DNA of 64,000 nucleotides from Oopsacas minuta (GCA_024704765.1 JAKMXF010000295.1:1-64000); one strand, 5' to 3'. Shown: positions 51,301 to 64,000, counted from the stretch's first letter. Translations and numbers: made by a program. Notes: generated from the letters alone by a model not told the origin.

Positions 51301-52428
51301 CCTTCCTGAATGTTTGTGATTTTTGCGTGAAATTCTTCTAGGACATCGTAGATTTCATTACTTACCAATACTCTATTGGCATTGTGTCTGTTTGCTTCAC
51401 GAAGGTATAGGGTTCCAACACTTTGATATGAAAGAAGTTTAAATCTATTCTGAACCCTTTGTCACTTTTGTCTTGCATTTTTTCTGTAGGTTTCTGTGAT
51501 TTCAGGAAGCAGATTTTTGCTCTATTTCTTCAGGTGAGAATATATTAATGGGTGAATCAGCCAGTTTCTTCTCGTCAAGAATTTTTATGAACTCTTCTCT
51601 TCCGGTAGGACCAGGGTTCAATTCAATATCTCCCGATAAAAGGAGAAGAATAGATAGATTTGGATATTTCCTTAATGATAACCATCGTGAGAAAGGAAAT
51701 AGATGTTGTCGTTTGGTTTGAGATGAAGGGGAGCGATATTAAGAAACAATTTGGTAAGGCGCTGATGGTGATTATAAAATGCAACAAATATCTACGAGTT
51801 ATCTGATTTTATCAAGTTAACCGGGATACACTTAGAGCTCGGATGGATATGTAGAGTACTTTTATAGAATTGAAGATCATCATTTGTCACCAATGGAATC
51901 AAGGATGTAGGCCGTGCTTCGAGCTCGAGTCCCACAATGTTTCCATGTAGAAAGTACATAAAGTACATTATTGGTAATATAATGACGAACTTTGGAATGA
52001 AAATCATTGTATATACAAGCAGTATTCAAGAAGATTAATATATCTTTCCTTGTGCTTGAGTATTTATGTGTTTATAGTATTTCCTCCAGCATACATTGTA
52101 ATGTTGTCACAAATTATGTCATATTATTTTATATTAATTATTGATATTCCCTTTCATTTCTAGGTGCTAGCAACTCAAATACTTTTTCAAAGGATGATGA
52201 AAATTACAATGTTGATAACAATGACATAATAATGATATAATAATGTAATTAATGCACTGCAACATATTTATTATGTTTAATTTCGTATTTAGTAAAGAAC
52301 CAGAAGAGAACATTTTATTATGGTATGGCCATACACCAGTGTGTACACGTGCACACCAACATGTTAGTGTACACGCGATTACACTGGTGTGCACGCGTGC
52401 ACACCAAGCACGTCCATAAACTGCAACA
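48379..52428 (-). mobile_element. Ginger2-type DNA transposon (4050 bp)
   Basis: ~140-bp TIRs starting TGTTGCAG; perfect 4-bp TSD TAAA (48375-78, 52429-32); encodes a KRBA2/SCAND3-like integrase. Confidence 0.88.
49567..51690 (-). pseudogene. Ginger2 integrase/transposase with C-terminal PHD-like and CXC Cys-rich domains, frameshifted; start approximate
   Basis: CPTC, GQIDLIDF, IDHFTK, HSDNGGEF, HGKPRDPECQGTVERVN, TPFEAVYGR, GDTVLIP; CAVC..CPEC..HVPC..CQGC; CRCKHCKTLRCPCKK..CNTKCH. Confidence 0.85.
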
Positions 52429-55400
52429 TAAATATATTTCACCTTAATTTCTATACACCAATTACTCCAACTCACTCACATGTAAATTGATGTAATTTTG
52501 CTTTACACACTGATTACTAAATGAATCTAATACAGTGGAACCCCGCTCAACCCCCACCCCGGAATAGCGGCCACTTTTGGAAGTCCCATTTGAATACCCA
52601 GGCAATAACATAAATGTATTTCAGAATTACTGCCATTGTTTTAATACAAAACTTTACTATATACTCTGGAATACAGGATACATCTAACTTTTTCTTATGG
52701 TAACTTTATTTTGTAGTGAAATATACTATAGCAATGTATTCAATTTCTTTCAATAGATTCTCTGCTTACTCCTGATATTTTGACTGCAACTGGTACAGAC
52801 ATACCTAAGTACTCAATATGTTTCTAAAGATTAAACAATTGGCTAATGTGTTGTCATTTGATATTCCAATCATATGACCTAACAGTACCCTATGATATAC
52901 ATGAGATCAATTAGGATGCAATATTATTCGCAATCTAACATACATAAGTACTCACTGGGTTTGCAAAGATTGAATGATTGAGTAATGTATCAACATAATA
53001 CATTCCAATAGTGAGCTAACCGCATCTAAGGATTAATCACAGACCACAGGTAATTTTGAATGGACGAGATTTCGTAGTAGTTCCTGTTTGCGTAATGATG
53101 TCGAATGCCACTTGAGTTAACAAATCACTATTGAGGGTTGGGCAAAAGTATATACATACCATTGTTATTTTGAAAAATATCAAAAACTATAATCAAAATG
53201 GCGGAACCTGATAAGCAACAAATAGAAGTTAATATCACTGACGATGATTTAATTGACTAGAGGGCTGATGATGAAGGTATACCCGACCCTACCCGCAAGC
53301 TGTCTTGACGGTGAGAGTGAGACTCAAGATCTTATGAAGCAGTCCAGGAATAAACACTGAAAGAGGAAAGGGAAAGGAGGCGACCCTAATATAGCTCTTA
53401 GTTTTAAAAAGGCATAACCAGTGGAAACACATATTCACAAGAAGGGGTACCTTCAAAGTAAAACACTTTTATAATATTATAATTAACTATGTATATATAC
53501 CATGTACTTAATCCATTATTCAAAATATTAAATATCCTTCTAGTAAATTTATTGGATTCTCTTAAAATGTAATAAAACACCTAATTAGATAGAATTGTAA
53601 GTTACTAAATTACGGAATATTTCGAAAATATTTTGGAACTATTAGATAATAGAAGATCCAAACATAATATCTGCTATGTGTGTGGAATGTGATATATCAA
53701 TAACAAACTAGATTTAAGCGATATCTCAAAAACTCTCTGAAGTATCAAATGTTTTGACCTATCAGATATGAGAGTTTACAAATATGGAAATTAGGTTATT
53801 ATTTGATTTATATTTAACTAAGATTATACCATTGTAAACAATTAACTATTTGTTCCTATTTTGCAAAATTATTCAAATGCCAATATATAAAACCTGTATC
53901 TAAGTTTGTGGAATTAATTACTGTACGTAAGAATTATATTACAGCTTATAGTTACTAGTTCAAATAGTGATATAATCAAGCGGTGAAAGTTATGTTGATA
54001 AATTATTGATCATATCCATCAACGATTATCTAACTGTATAATGTGGAATTCATGATAAATTTGTGGCCAATGTAATACAATCCCGAAAATGTAATTGTTT
54101 GATATGCATATAATCAATAGTAAATAATAAGGAATACAGTGTGCACCCGAAAGTGTCACTCGTGACAAAGTATTCACGGGCCGTGCGACGCAAGTATGCG
54201 TAGCTTGCTTGTATCACTAATTTCTGCTTGTCTGTGATATCCTGGAAGGATTCAGTTAGTGTGAACTACTCTCTTACTTCCATTATTATGGATAATTTTC
54301 AAATTACACGAATACGGCGAGCAAATTTGTGACGTCAATAAGGTGCTGGAATCTGGGTTTGAGTGGGGGAATTGGTTAAAACGAAGTGGTAAATTAAAGT
54401 ATTCCCTTTTGTTACGAACCTACACTTCGGTTGTAATCGGTTAAATAACACTCCTAATATCTTCTTTTTTCAGTTCGTATACATGTAGATTGTTTAGCAA
54501 AGTAAACACTTTTTCTCTTTCTATTTCGGTTCACTTACATGTAAACTGTTTTGCGAAGTAGTAAATTCATATTTCATTTGGTTTTTAGAATAATCTGTAC
54601 TTTTTCAGTCGAAAAGAGTCTCAAATTTGTCACCATCACGAGGCCTGCTGCGTAGGATTTTGACCCGCAATACAAAATCCCAATAGCATATCCATGGTGC
54701 GGGTCAAAATCCCACGATGTAATATATGCGTAGGATTTTGACCCGCATCAAAATGTATTATTGTCGTAGGATTATGACTCTGAAGTAATCTTACTTCTCT
54801 GTCATTTGACTTTTTCGAATTCCATACACTTTAATTACTTAATTACCGCTAAATGTACGTATGTAATTCAACTTTAGACTAGCTATGCATATACGTAACA
54901 AAATGAACAAGTCAATTTAGAGTTGGATTCTAGAAATTAGTGAATTTGTTTGATAACATGTAAACTATGTTCCCACTACATATAACAAATTTACAATATG
55001 TTTAATTATCCAAAATGCCAAAAATAGACAGTGTATATAAATATTTTGTAATACTATTACTTGGACAGAAGGTGGTAGGTATTTGATAATTGTATTCAAT
55101 AACTCATAATAAATAATATAATTTTCATGTCAATCTATATATTGCAATATATTCTATCAAATAACAAAGATTTTGCAAGCATTAGCATGATAATGAATAT
55201 TCGGAATATCTTAAGTACGAATTGTAGGCGATTTCATCTTTGCCCATTTCTCTATACTTCCTAACAAGCTTTAAGGAATATACCACTGAAATATGTTCAT
55301 CTATTGCACAAGCATAGACTATGCATTTGTTACGGGAGTCTTGGTCTAAGTTGATACACATATAGAGTTGAAGTGAAACCGCGAGCCTCTGGCACGCTGC

Positions 55401-55956
55401 ATACTCCTGGATAACACTAGATTTCTATACACAAAACAAGTCAGCTGCGGTGGCCTCCTCCTTCCCCTTACAGCCACCCCCTAACGCTAAACGTTTAACG
55501 TTAACCTCACCTTGTTTATGTGTGCAGTGTAGGAGCGAGTTTGATGTGATTGCGATCACACCAAATTTAATTCTAAGCTGCAACATAAACGAATACATAC
55601 AATAAATCGTAATTTGACAGGCAAGTGAGGAGCTAACGGACCCCGAACGGCCACAGACAAGGAGACATTAAAAAATAAAAAATAGAGAAGAGCTCGCTTG
55701 TATCTGATTCCATGCTGTCTTTCATCTCGGGGTAGACTCGTCAGTTGCGCTGCCTTTCTCGCAATATACTTAGATGGTAGATAGATGATATTCGCCACTG
55801 GGGATGTGCTGTTGCAGGTCGCGTTTCTATTATCTGGGCTCACCATGATAGGGATTGCGTTGCCTGAATAACCCCGACAGAGGTCCCCACAAAGTTAGAT
55901 GTACCTTGCCTTTGAGCCCTTTCGAATGATGGAAAAGAATCATGAATCGCTAAGAA

Positions 55957-56830
55957 TTAGTCAGAATTGTGTAAGAGGTAGAATACAGTATTGAGTGATC
56001 CGATGAAAGTGTCACAGCCCCAAAGTTGGACAATTGGTTTACTCATTCCAGCATATTTGTAGAATTGCCCGTTTTGGTAAAGGATTGAATAGAAATGTCT
56101 ATTACTTAATATACTAAAGCCAGCAAGTTAGTAGTGAAGTGTGCGTTAGTTGTGACTGGTGGTAAAGAGTTTGTCAATATCACTTACAAAAATGTCTGGC
56201 AATTCGGGTAGATGTCCGATTTCTATTGTTAGCATGACAGGTATTGACTTGAATTGACCAGATATCCTCTCTAAGACAGCAGTAGTTGATCAACAAGACT
56301 TGCATTTAATAGGAACGAGACTTCGATTAACAGATAATTCCAGGTTTGTAATAACGCCTCCTATTTTACTAATCATGGATTGTGTCTCAAAGATATTGGT
56401 GCATTGGTGGCATTGGAAGATAGTGAAATATTTGTCGTTACACAAATCTTCTGTTCGTAAATATTTGATGATGTTACCCTCTGATCCAAAGAAATCATAA
56501 GACCGTATCAATCCTGAGGAATCATAAATAACTTCGAGCCCAATTTAGTAGCAACATATTCTCGAAGTTTCTCTAATTCAAAATTAGCAGCCAATTGGAA
56601 TATGTAGTGGAATTCAGCTTCAATGTGTGTACTTCCGATTCACTTCAGTGAGTCCATGATGGTTGCTTTATTCGAACTGAGAATAGCCAATATATTGTCG
56701 ATAGAACAGGTGTTAGATTGCACGATGTTGTTATACTCTCCTCCCCATTTAGGATATGGGGTAAGATCTGATGCATTTTGTATAGATTGTTCTGGTATTT
56801 CAATGATCTCATGAACTTGCTCAGTTGGGA
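55957..56830 (-). pseudogene. USP/C19 peptidase-like domain (decayed) at the end of the Ginger1 gene
   Basis: KWGG..SNTCSIDN (Cys box; Cys codon 56706-08), YDFFGSE, CHQC and CKSC Zn-ribbon pair, PVMLTIE, Y*LAGF..RHFYS..FYKYAG (His box; His codon 56095-97), terminal VFY. Contains several stops and two frameshifts. Confidence 0.65.
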
Positions 56831-59580
56831 ATTTAACTCAATTATTACTGGTAATAGAACAGCAATTGGATAGTCAAGATCTTTTCGTGTCTCTTCAGGT
56901 ATTTCAATAGGATAGGAGGAACGATATTCTGCGTACCAATTACCGGCTGATACAGCAAGTTTCTCCTTAATCTCAAAATTTAGTTCATTGGGTGGATGGT
57001 AAGATTATAGTAAATTGAATGAAGTTAGAGATGCAGCTTTTGTAGCGAGTTTCTCATGTAGCTGGGTTAAGTAGGTGTTATTGACAAGGGCTGATAGTAT
57101 TCGAGGTTTCAATTGAAGTAGCTCAGAGTCGATATTTTCATAGATTGAGTGTTGTTGCGGTGTTTCAACTGTTTCTTCCATGGTGTCCAGGTTCAATATA
57201 TCATCCAAAGAATCTAAATACAAATAAACATGTGAAATGTAGGATTACTATTACGTATTAATCGAATCAATACAGAACACAACTAGTTTATATGTACCTA
57301 ATCATGGGCTGAGTCAATTAGTATAGTTCAGTACAATATTGTCTCGTTAATATATTTACCGCTAGGAGGGAATTTGCAAGATCTTTTGGGCTTCTTTGAT
57401 TTGCCTGTTTTCGTCGAACCTGCTTTTTCGTTCATGCGAGAATGATACTTTCGTGATAGATGGATAGGTAATTTGGCTGTTTTGCTATCTGGGTCTTTGC
57501 GAGCAACTAGCTGGCTTAGTTTAACTTTCTCCACCGTATATGGTCCCAAATATTTCCTTAGATCTTTTGTCCCTGGGAGTCGCTTGGCTTTCTTTATATT
57601 ATGTACAAGTACTTCATCTCCTTCCACAAATTCTGATCTAAAGATAAAACAATGATTATACAAAGAATTATAATGTGCCAATTAGGTACAGTTTGTAATG
57701 ATGCTAATTTTATAACTCAAAGTAAGTGTTTTGGAATTTAAGAATTCATATAATTGAGGAAACAAGAAATTAGTTCCGATTCAAGACTACTTCATATTTA
57801 TCTGACTATACAACAATCAGTGAATTGAATTTTATTTAGTAAGAGACGATGTATGAAATTCCAACAAGTTACATCACAACAAGAATGTGTTTCGTTATTG
57901 CTTACCTGTTGTGTTTATCTTTGCTGTCATGTTTTCTTTTGAACTTTCTGACCAGCTTTGATGTTTTCAATGGCAGTTATCCTGTCAGCTTTACGTGTGG
58001 AAGAAAGATTTTCTATCCATTCGTTATCAATTATAGGAAAGTCAAATGGGCGTGTTTCGTTTGCATCCATTTGAATATTCTCATCTTCTAATACTTCTGC
58101 CTCTGAGATATCAGCTTCGGTTAGTTTATCCGGGGTTAGTTGGAGAAGTGATAAGATTGAGAAGGTTAGATGAATCAAAGTCTCCCAAACATGAGATAAA
58201 AAGGTGTGTAACTTGTAGAGATTTTGGCTTGAGTATTTGCTGCTAGTACTGCTGTCTGTAATTTCTCTGTCCATTGAGTGTCCCCATCAGATTGCATCTT
58301 GTTGATTTTTCTATTTGTAAAAAGTGCTAAATTGATTGAAAGCTATGTAATTATAAACGACGTGTATTAAACTTATGTTAGACATGTAATATTTATATAT
58401 TGATATTTAGCATCAATACTCACGTTTTCGATATTTTGTTGTGTGAGTCAACAAGTCCGTTACTTTGTGGGTGTATGCTGTGGTTCTTCTGGTGTTGACA
58501 TTTATCTTTACGTGAAATTCTTGAAATTGCTATTTTGAAAGTAAATAAGAGAACGATAACAATCTACTACGCGCATGTATTTAGTCTTGTACAACAATAG
58601 TTAGAAAGATAAAACGATTAATAAGGTAAATTTTCCTCCCGAAGGTAGTAGCATCAATTCGTAAATTCTTATTTATTAGTGTTTAACATAAATTAAAATC
58701 CAATTTTCCACACGGTTTCTTAAATATGGCCATCAGGACGCACAATTTCCAACAAGGATATATATTGAAGCAATGCGCTGACAATGGACAATGCAACATG
58801 TTACGTACGTATATCCAATATAGTAAGTCGCATTGTGCATCGGGAATTATTACTTGGTGTATTTACAATTACTAATCTCGAGTATGTAAAAAATATGAGT
58901 TACCTTGCTTGAGAATTCTGTTCCCTGATCATGTTGGAGGATGTTAGGTACGCCGAATGAGAGGTAAATTTCCTGCAAACAATCCAATATTTCTTTAGAA
59001 GTTTTAGTCTTGAGTGGTCGGGCAATTACAAATTTACTCAGGTAGCACACGATTACAAGAATGTGCTGAAATCCAAGTACAGTGCGAGACATATTGTATA
59101 TGAAATCAATTCCACAATGACACCATGGTTTTTCAGGAGGAGGAATAGGTTGAAGCTCTCGTTGTGGCTGAGGAGGTAGAGCAGCAGAGGTTTGACAGTC
59201 ATGGCAAGTTCGGATCTAGAACAGGAAATGATTTAATTGTCAGTTTGTAGTCCAGTCTAATGTAATTTACTACGTTCCAGATGTCCCGCTAAATTAGCAT
59301 TCCGTCCCGCTTTTTCTTCACTCAGGTTGGCAAATATGTTTATGTGAAATACTCCCACTACCTATCCCAATTACTAACTACCGCAAGGGTCATTAGTTGT
59401 TAGATACATGGTTGGTTGGTTGTACCGCACAAATAGATTTCCATATGATAAAATTGTATACCGGTATACTAAATATCATCAGATCGCACAATATTAATTT
59501 TACAATAGCACAAATAAAGCTGTATACAGTAGAATAATTACAAGGTGAATAACCTCAAACTATAAAATACATGCTGTTCT

Positions 59581-59662
59581 CAGACTTAACAACCCCTTTT
59601 GCAAATTTCCCTGGATTTTCAAAATTTGTAATCCAGGGATCCCTGGAGGGTTGGTAAGTCTG
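59581..59662. mobile_element. 82-bp MITE with 15-bp TIRs and a 6-bp TSD, in intron 2 of the Ginger1 gene
   Basis: CAGACTTA(A/C)CAACCC at both ends; TGTTCT directly repeated on both flanks. Confidence 0.7.
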
Positions 59663-62600
59663 TGTTCTCAGCCACATTTTCTTGGAAAATCATGTATGAA
59701 AGAAATACGTAATTTAGTAACTCACATAGGATCCAACATCATTGTATATGCCATTCCAATAATATTTATTTCGGATTCCATCAATGGTAGTATTGATTCC
59801 AGGATGAGTGACATTGTGATAGAATCCGATAATGTTGTCATTTTCTGAGACTAGTAGAATCTCCAAGTATTTCACACAGCCATTTTTCTTTCTGAAAATC
59901 TACAAGAAAATTATTTTAGTCAAACTCAGAGGTTGTAGCTAGCATTGAGGGGCAGAGGAGTCCCCTAGCGTTTTCGCCCTTCTCATCTCCCTATGGTACG
60001 CAAATTTAATGAGGCAACTACATATCTGCCTCCTCGCAGATAAGTAGTCACCTCAAGATTTCTAATTATGTCCCGGAAATAAGTATAAATCAAAATTATC
60101 ATTCAGGAATAACCTTCATTAGCTTATTCTCTTGAAAGTAAATCCCCTTGCACTTTCTGACAAAATTCTTCTTTCTGTAGCGATCACTCTTGATTTTTGG
60201 TGGGATAATATTCGTCTGGAGGTATCCACGAATTGCTTCATGCTCTGTCGCATCCATAATGAAAATGTTAAAAGTAAATATAAGTGTTGATGTTGAAATC
60301 TAGAAATAAAGTAAAATGTTAGTGTGTGCATTTCGGAAGTCACACATGTATAAATATGAATACTATGTGACTAGGGATGAAATGTTGATATTACTTGATT
60401 TGGAATTGCTACTTGCGGGTCAAAATCCTACCCAACAGGCCAATGTTGGTCGACCCATAATAAGGCTACATCTATTATCACTTAGCTGCACCTCGTTAGT
60501 TATTCACCTGTCAAATTTTAATTTTCATCAGGGTTTCATACCGATTGTTTATATTACATATTTTCTTATAATATTGCAACCCTTCTTTAGACTTCTTCCC
60601 TTTCAGCTTGTTATGCCATAGTCTATGTTTCGGCCTCACTATAATAACTGTATTTTATTAAACAATAATACTTACACAAAATGGATTCGTTTGTTGCTAG
60701 CATATTGTTTTGTTAAGGTTAATAAATATATCCATTTTTTGACCATCACTTCAGGATACGACAATCAGTTAATAACATCAGATTTACCATATTAGATATA
60801 TTTTGTCAATTTTTATTGGATTCAGTTTACAATTGTTCAATGTTCAATTTAACCAGATAATATTTGGCGAATAAGTCAATATATAGTTTCCAACCGACTA
60901 ATATTGTTATTTGCTCAAGGGTATTATTCATGAAAATAGAAATTCGTTTCCAGCGGTCTTAACCTTGGTTCCTTTTACCTTTTAAGAAACATGATAACAC
61001 ATAGTTTTACCACATTTGGAATTGCAATACTCGAACTCTATTAACACACCTGTAGCCACATAAATAGATTGATAAATCATTGAGGTATAGTCCAGATCTA
61101 TTATCACACTACGTGACCGTTTAGTGGCACCGAAGGACATGAATATAATTGAAATTGATTATATAGTCCTAAAATTTCCAATCTACTGTATTTCCCTGAA
61201 TAGGCACCGTGGATTAAATAATCGCCGAGGCCTAGAAATAGTAACTAAGATTTGTGAATATTTGTTTATTGCCACTCTTTTGAATAATGATTTCCATTTC
61301 AATTATCACTTGTGAATGTGTACCCCTAACTATATTTAACAATGTGGAAATTTGTAATGATCATAGTTGTTCTCATTTGCTTAGATTTCCTTTGAACATT
61401 TCAAAATTCTCGTGTGAGAAAATTCACAAATTGACATAATTGCCAAGTTAAATGAACAAGAGTTAATTACTGATTATCTATAGAGTCAAATTCCGAGATC
61501 CGGTTTCCTCCCAAAGCGGGGCACCATTTTTACAAAGAGTGTAAATCACAATTAAAAGTTGAAATGCGAATTTTGGATTCAGCATACTTTGTTAACCATG
61601 TAAATATATGTTAATAGCAAGTATATATGTGTAATTTGAGATTTCAATACTTAATAATACAGACTACATTATGTTAGTCTAGAATCTAGATGGTACACTT
61701 CTACAACGGACTATCTAGTTGAACGAAATAAGTAAATAAGACATGTAAATAATAATTAATCAATCTCTAAGAGGCGGGCATCTGACCTAGAATTGACAAA
61801 ATATAATCCCCAATGTGTTCGTTATTGGGAGAGCTAAATTATTCCACTTTGAAAAAGTATACCTAATTTTCACGGCGTCCCTAAATGTCAATTGTTTTAG
61901 AAAAATATGGCCCATGAAATCGGCATTAAAGCATGTATTTTGGTTAAGAGAATTGAATGTGAAAATACTCAAAATATTGATCTTTCGGAAAATCGAAAGA
62001 ATTTCATTTTACATGATAGTATATCGAATACTATTTTCATAAACCATGGACAAGAATCGGAATGTTTACATTTATAGTTTTTCACCGTTAACCTATCGTG
62101 CTTTAGTGAATTCATAAGTCAACAATCATATTAGTTATAAATTAACTTTAACCACCAATAGAACCAAAATTTCTGATTTTCCATCAGCCAATACTGTATT
62201 CAAAACATAAACTTTTTCCAAACATAATTGAGGCTTAGGATACCGTGGTTAGAATGAACGATTACAGTAGTCTATCGAAGCCCTATTTTAGCAGTTTAAT
62301 GGTTGAAATATACATACTTCCCAAATAGAAATCAAGAAGAATAAAAGAGATGCCTCCCGCAAACTCTTTGCGAGTCGCGCAGTGCAAGTAAGCGTAGCTT
62401 GCTTATATGTGTATTATTATAATCTCTGTGTAAATTCCTTAATAATTTATACAGATTAATACACCAAATTAAGTTGATATGTATAGCATTTTCCGCTTAA
62501 TTACTAAATTAATGTGCTATTACAAAGCACTCAGCTCAGACCCAGCACGGAGATTAGGTCCCCGCTGAGTATGTGCTGAACAAAGTTCAAAAGGTCCTTT

Positions 62601-62969
62601 GTGTATATAATCAGGAATATTACAATCTTATGCCAGATATATGGAGTCATCACTGAGTAATTTGTCCCTTCGAGATAGAGGCCGACTTGGTGTCTAAATA
62701 ATGAATTAAAGTTGGTATAACTGATACGGACCAAGGTTAGGGGCTCAAAATTTCGTTACAACCTATGGTGTAGAATTTCTTCAAGGGTCCAGGGTGCTGA
62801 ATCAGATCTTCGAATTAGACTCGGATTTTGAAAGATCCTAACCATGAACACTTTGTGTGAAGATTTCAAAGCAATCGGATAAGATTTGACTGAGCTACGT
62901 GAGTTTGCATTTTCGCCTATCCATGGCCTACAAGGCCGCTCAAATTTTCAAAATGGTTCAAAGGTCCCG

Positions 62970-62976
62970 CACTGTG
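62970..62976 (-). mobile_element. Possible orphan Transib right terminus (CACTGTG)
   Basis: The reverse complement reads CACAGTGCGGGACC..; no partner end with a matching TSD (gcgtc) was found in the window. Confidence 0.25.
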
Positions 62977-63162
62977 GCGTCACCATATATAGTGTTATCA
63001 ACGTGTACTAACACAGGTAATGTTGCTACTATATTTTTACATGCTGTGCGTGAGCCTGATTATTCAATTTCACCCAGCCAGCTCAGAAATTGGCCCACAA
63101 TTTGCTCCAACATTTCAGAAATACTCCATCCTTTGTGTTTGAAGTCTTAAAAGAAATTATGG

Positions 63163-63206
63163 GCCGAATACTGGGCGGGGCCGGTGCGGCCAGCCCAGTA
63201 ATCGGC
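63163..63206. other. GC-rich stem-loop
   Basis: gccgaatactgggc..ggccg-gtg-cggcc..gcccagtaatcggc: 14-bp outer stem with one mismatch and a 5-bp inner stem. Confidence 0.6.
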
Positions 63207-64000
63207 ACATGAAAAATCGGGCTCTCGCAAAGCATGTAGATATATCTTATTTACATATAACCGTTTTGAAAGCGTTAGTATCTTGGTACATTTGCGGAAT
63301 CTTATACTCTCAAACTCTTTGAAAAAAGTTGGGGTGTAAGTTTCTGCAATTGTACCAATGACCGTTCCGTTCAGTGGAATTTGAAGGCATTTTTCTGTTG
63401 TAATTTTGACATTTAAATTCTTGTAATTTTGTTATTCAAGTGTATATTCTATGTGACATACTAGTTGTTTTTTTTTTTTTTGCTACTGAGACTAACAGGC
63501 TAGTGATGCAAGTGAAAAGATAATCATAGGCCATCAATTATATAAGGATTTGAGAATATTACAAAATACACAAATTACATAAATGTTTGTGGTAAAGAAA
63601 CAAAAGTCAAATTTACACTGTAAATAACATTAATTTCCAGCGTTTCCATAATCTACGAGCTAGGTACACACTGAGTACTTTATAATATATCTAATTAAAG
63701 TATTATGTGCATTTTGAATTAACCAGACAATATGTTAGAACCAACATATATATTGTGTGTAATTCTTTGTTTCACTGCTAACATATGGCTGTTATTCCCT
63801 ACCTTATTTTATTGAAATTCTGCTTTAGATATTTACAATATCCTGGAGTTTATATTTTTCATTTTAGTTATTTCATTTAATATTTATATTTCTTCTGTAT
63901 TCTGATTCTACCTGATGTTTTCATTTCCTTTGTTTCTGCTTGGTGCAATTACATTTCCCAGTATTTATGTTTTTCTTTCGTGGTTCTATTATTCTAAGTA

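Larger units (their letters stand above)
55957..60257 (-). pseudogene. Seven-exon Gypsy-like integrase fused to a C-terminal USP-like domain (disrupted)
   Basis: Exons 60114-60257, 59726-59899, 58904-59215, 58424-58529, 57906-58310, 57360-57637 and 55957-57213 are all GT-AG with compatible phases. Motifs: HNVTHPG..YYW..|IRTCHDC (HHCC), CGIDF, QHDQGTEF, TTAY(H)PQSNGLV, TPFYLMFGR, YLGPYTV. Confidence 0.82.
54646..60437 (-). mobile_element. Ginger1-type DNA transposon (5792 bp) with an intron-containing gene
   Basis: TIR TG(C/T)TG(C/G)GTAGGATTTTGACCCGCAA; perfect 4-bp TSD GGCC (54642-45, 60438-41); additional subterminal copies of gtaggattttgacccgca at ~54695-54780. Confidence 0.88.

Noticed and set aside
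48261-52475. Paired similar ORFs at 48261-48612 and 52167-52475 as small genes
   Set aside because: They are translations of the Ginger2 terminal inverted repeats.
53200-53400. ATGGCGGAACCT.. as the start of a host gene or gag
   Set aside because: In-frame stops appear within ~20 codons, with no splice or motif support.
59281-59345. AGHLERSKLH read as the integrase zinc-finger histidines of Ginger1
   Set aside because: It lies in intron 2. The real H-x3-H motif is in the 59726-59899 exon, which splices in phase to IRTCHDC.
60610-60660. TGAGGCCGAAAC on the minus strand as a Penelope-type hammerhead ribozyme
   Set aside because: The CTGANGA core and closing stems are missing.

Overview
AT-rich eukaryotic (animal-like) genomic DNA. 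The only host gene I can support is a cytoplasmic tyrosyl-tRNA synthetase (YARS1-type) on the minus strand. It has 3 coding exons (42379-42743, 37293-37485, 4467-5042; 377 aa), a 4.9-kb intron 1 and a 32.25-kb intron 2. Almost everything else is cut-and-paste DNA transposons, many with termini and target-site duplications (TSDs) readable by eye. These are: three RAG1-core-like Transib elements with RSS-heptamer (CACAGTG) ends plus a non-autonomous relative, two Chapaev3 elements, a pogo/Tigger, three DD34D mariners, a DD37D maT element, two Tc1 copies, hAT derivatives, MITEs, and two Ginger elements with Gypsy-like integrases. Top candidate for novelty: a 5.8-kb Ginger1-type transposon (54646-60437, GGCC TSD) whose 7-exon integrase gene splices in frame into a USP (C19)-like cysteine-protease domain. 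Second: a nested stack in which Transib-2 inserted into the terminal heptamer of Transib-1 and was then hit by two Chapaev3 elements; Transib-1 also has a spliceosomal intron and a RAG1L-type C-terminal CxxC-GH-C motif. All transposase genes carry stops or frameshifts as assembled. No rRNA, tRNA or CRISPR was seen. All family assignments come from motif recognition by eye; no database search was run and the species cannot be identified from this window.
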